DNA of 64,000 bases from Candidatus Jorgensenbacteria bacterium GW2011_GWA1_48_11 (lineage in GTDB: Bacteria > Patescibacteriota > Minisyncoccia > UBA6257 > GWB1-50-10), in NCBI GenBank assembly GCA_001003475.1, contig LCPF01000001.1, positions 37,910-101,909 on the forward strand, given 5' to 3'. The position numbers and the translations under genes were made by a program. Below the pieces are notes generated by a model. It was given only the letters and a program-made list of their open reading frames with translations. It had not been told where the DNA came from and did not search any database. The first letter of the stretch is position 1. Every line of letters begins with the position of its first letter. Of this stretch, positions 62,854 to 64,000 are shown one piece after another.

Positions 62854-62880
62854 TCAGCTTATATCAGTGAGAATCAGCGG

Positions 62881-62916
62881 AAAAGCAAAAGGCCCCTTGC
62901 GGGGCCGATTGCTTTT
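62881..62916. terminator. bidirectional intrinsic terminator between the GxxExxY gene and the convergent surface-protein gene
   Basis: AAAAGCAAAA-GGCCCC-TTGC-GGGGCC-GATTGCTTTT: perfect 6-bp GC stem with a 4-nt loop and A/T runs on both sides. Confidence 0.6.
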
Positions 62917-62955
62917 GGTTATACGCTACCAAAAAACTCGGATCAATCAGTCAGA

Positions 62956-64000
62956 CTAAGTCTTCGCGGTCACGGTCGCAAGAGACGGCACGCCGCTCAT
63001 GTAGAGATCCATGATCGTGTCGGTAAGATCCGAATCAGACGAGGGGTTACCGGAGTAACCAAGAGACGACTCAGCCGCATTAAAGAGAATGTTGCCGAGC
63101 GCGCTCACGGAGAACTGGAACGTGTTATTGTTCGCAGCCGCCGCACTAGTCTTGATCGTGAACCACCGATGCGAACCACCGTCGATCTGCTGTTCCGCCG
63201 CCGTGATGGTAGTCGTCGCGAAACTAATGGTCGAGGAAGCGCCCGTGGTGCCGGCTACCGCCGTATAACCATTGCCGCTATTCCAGCCAGAAGTGTCGGT
63301 CTCGCCGCCACCGACTGTCGAAGCGTAAATCTTGAAGTTTAGGGAGGTCGAAGCTGACCCGCCGTTCGTGAAGGTCAAGGTTGACGTTGAGAGCAAGATC
63401 GGGGCCGTCCCGTTGTTCGCAATCTTGAACGAAGCAACAGTGATACCAGCGCCTGTTCCTGACTCCGTGTTAACCGAGCCTGCGCTAACAGCTACGCTCT
63501 GCGGCACCACGAAGGTGAAGGCAGAAGCGGTCGGCGCACCGGTAACGGTGCCCGAGGTCGAGGCTGAGACCGCACCTTTTACGGTGATGTGGGTCGTCGA
63601 GGCAATGCTCAACTTGAAGCTGTTGCCCAAGTTAGACACGCCACCCGCACCAATGTCGGCTTTGACATAAATCGTCGTACCGGTCGTCGGCACGGCCGCG
63701 GACAAAAGATTGTCCACCGTGCCCGATGACGGGAAGGTTAGCGTACACTCGCCGTTCGCACAAGAAGCAAACTGGGAAGCCTGAGCAAACGGAGTGGCAG
63801 CCGTATCCTGATAAAGTTTGACGTTTATCAAGGTTGAGGTCGCAAGACCGGTTGAGCCCGAGCTCGTCGCCGTCAGCTTCAAAGAAGTGATCTTCTGAAG
63901 CTCGTACTGCGAGGTGAGCTTGAAGGCAAACCAGGTGCCCTGCGAAGTGCCAATCTGCGCCGTTTGAGCGGTCGAGGGCGAAGCGCCCGCGCCGGAAACC
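62956..64000 (-). CDS. Thr/Ser/Gly/Ala-rich secreted or surface protein, C-terminal part (frame stays open to window end)
   Basis: Low-complexity T/S/G/A-rich beta-type sequence. The track ORF starts at an internal Met (63882), but the frame is open upstream to position 64000. Confidence 0.45.
   Translation of the reverse strand, partial: VSGAGASPSTAQTAQIGTSQGTWFAFKLTSQYELQKITSLKLTATSSGSTGLATSTLINVKLYQDTAATPFAQASQFASCANGECTLTFPSSGTVDNLLSAAVPTTGTTIYVKADIGAGGVSNLGNSFKLSIASTTHITVKGAVSASTSGTVTGAPTASAFTFVVPQSVAVSAGSVNTESGTGAGITVASFKIANNGTAPILLSTSTLTFTNGGSASTSLNFKIYASTVGGGETDTSGWNSGNGYTAVAGTTGASSTISFATTTITAAEQQIDGGSHRWFTIKTSAAAANNNTFQFSVSALGNILFNAAESSLGYSGNPSSDSDLTDTIMDLYMSGVPSLATVTAKT

Noticed and set aside
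1-64000. CRISPR arrays, integrase, transposase or IS elements
   Set aside because: I scanned for regularly spaced direct repeats and for recombinase/transposase motifs (tyrosine-recombinase R..H..R..Y, DDE) and found none. The island therefore lacks its own mobility genes.

Overview
This 64 kb window comes from a small-genome bacterium using the standard code (TGA is used as a stop, for example in rplI). Many genes overlap by a few nt and Shine-Dalgarno signals are weak; gene content (GIY-YIG, SPW-repeat and GxxExxY proteins) loosely suggests a Patescibacteria/CPR-like organism. That placement is inference only.

The left ~22 kb carries housekeeping genes: rpmA, rplI, an S41 C-terminal processing peptidase (ctpA-like), thpR, def, fmt, an Fe/Mn superoxide dismutase (sodA-like), ftsE/ftsX, a prfB-like release factor, trxB, an NrdH-like redoxin and a DsbA-like protein. 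It also contains tRNA-Gln(CTG) and tRNA-Thr(CGT).

The main candidate for a novel system is a ~7 kb island directly after tRNA-Gln (about 6475..13464). It is bounded by an imperfect ~28-nt direct repeat, which looks like an attL/attR pair. No integrase remains. The cargo is five co-oriented minus-strand genes:
- a membrane-anchored KAP/STAND-like P-loop NTPase (946 aa);
- a coiled-coil protein with a CxxC N-terminus and a PD-(D/E)xK-like C-terminus (DUF2130-like);
- three tightly overlapping genes with no recognisable domains.
The NTPase and DUF2130-like genes are visibly more AT-rich than the flanking core genes. I interpret this as a possibly undescribed defence or conflict system.

The right ~40 kb (22.9-62.4 kb) is a very large surface-glycan locus. 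It encodes a Wzx flippase, a priming sugar-phosphotransferase, asnB, wecB, at least nine glycosyltransferases, Wzy-like and O-antigen-ligase-like membrane proteins, and four SAM methyltransferases plus an FkbM methyltransferase. It also encodes a carbamoyltransferase with SxtJ/K-like partners, and rmlA/rmlB with a half-size NDP-hexose 2,3-dehydratase. Embedded in it is a Dlt-like acylation cassette: an MBOAT with an SGNH partner, an ACP, an FkbH-like HAD loader, an AcpS-type PPTase, a MaoC dehydratase and an SDR.

Other oddities:
- the RF2 gene lacks N-terminal domain 1 and the programmed frameshift;
- a P-type ATPase is split by a frameshift or deletion;
- there are two GIY-YIG paralogs, one wedged between def and fmt, the other bracketed by a 15-bp inverted repeat;
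- a GxxExxY gene is flanked by inverted arrays of CTGAT repeats with 10-bp periodicity;
- a 36-bp palindrome lies at 262..297.
No CRISPR array, integrase or transposase was seen.
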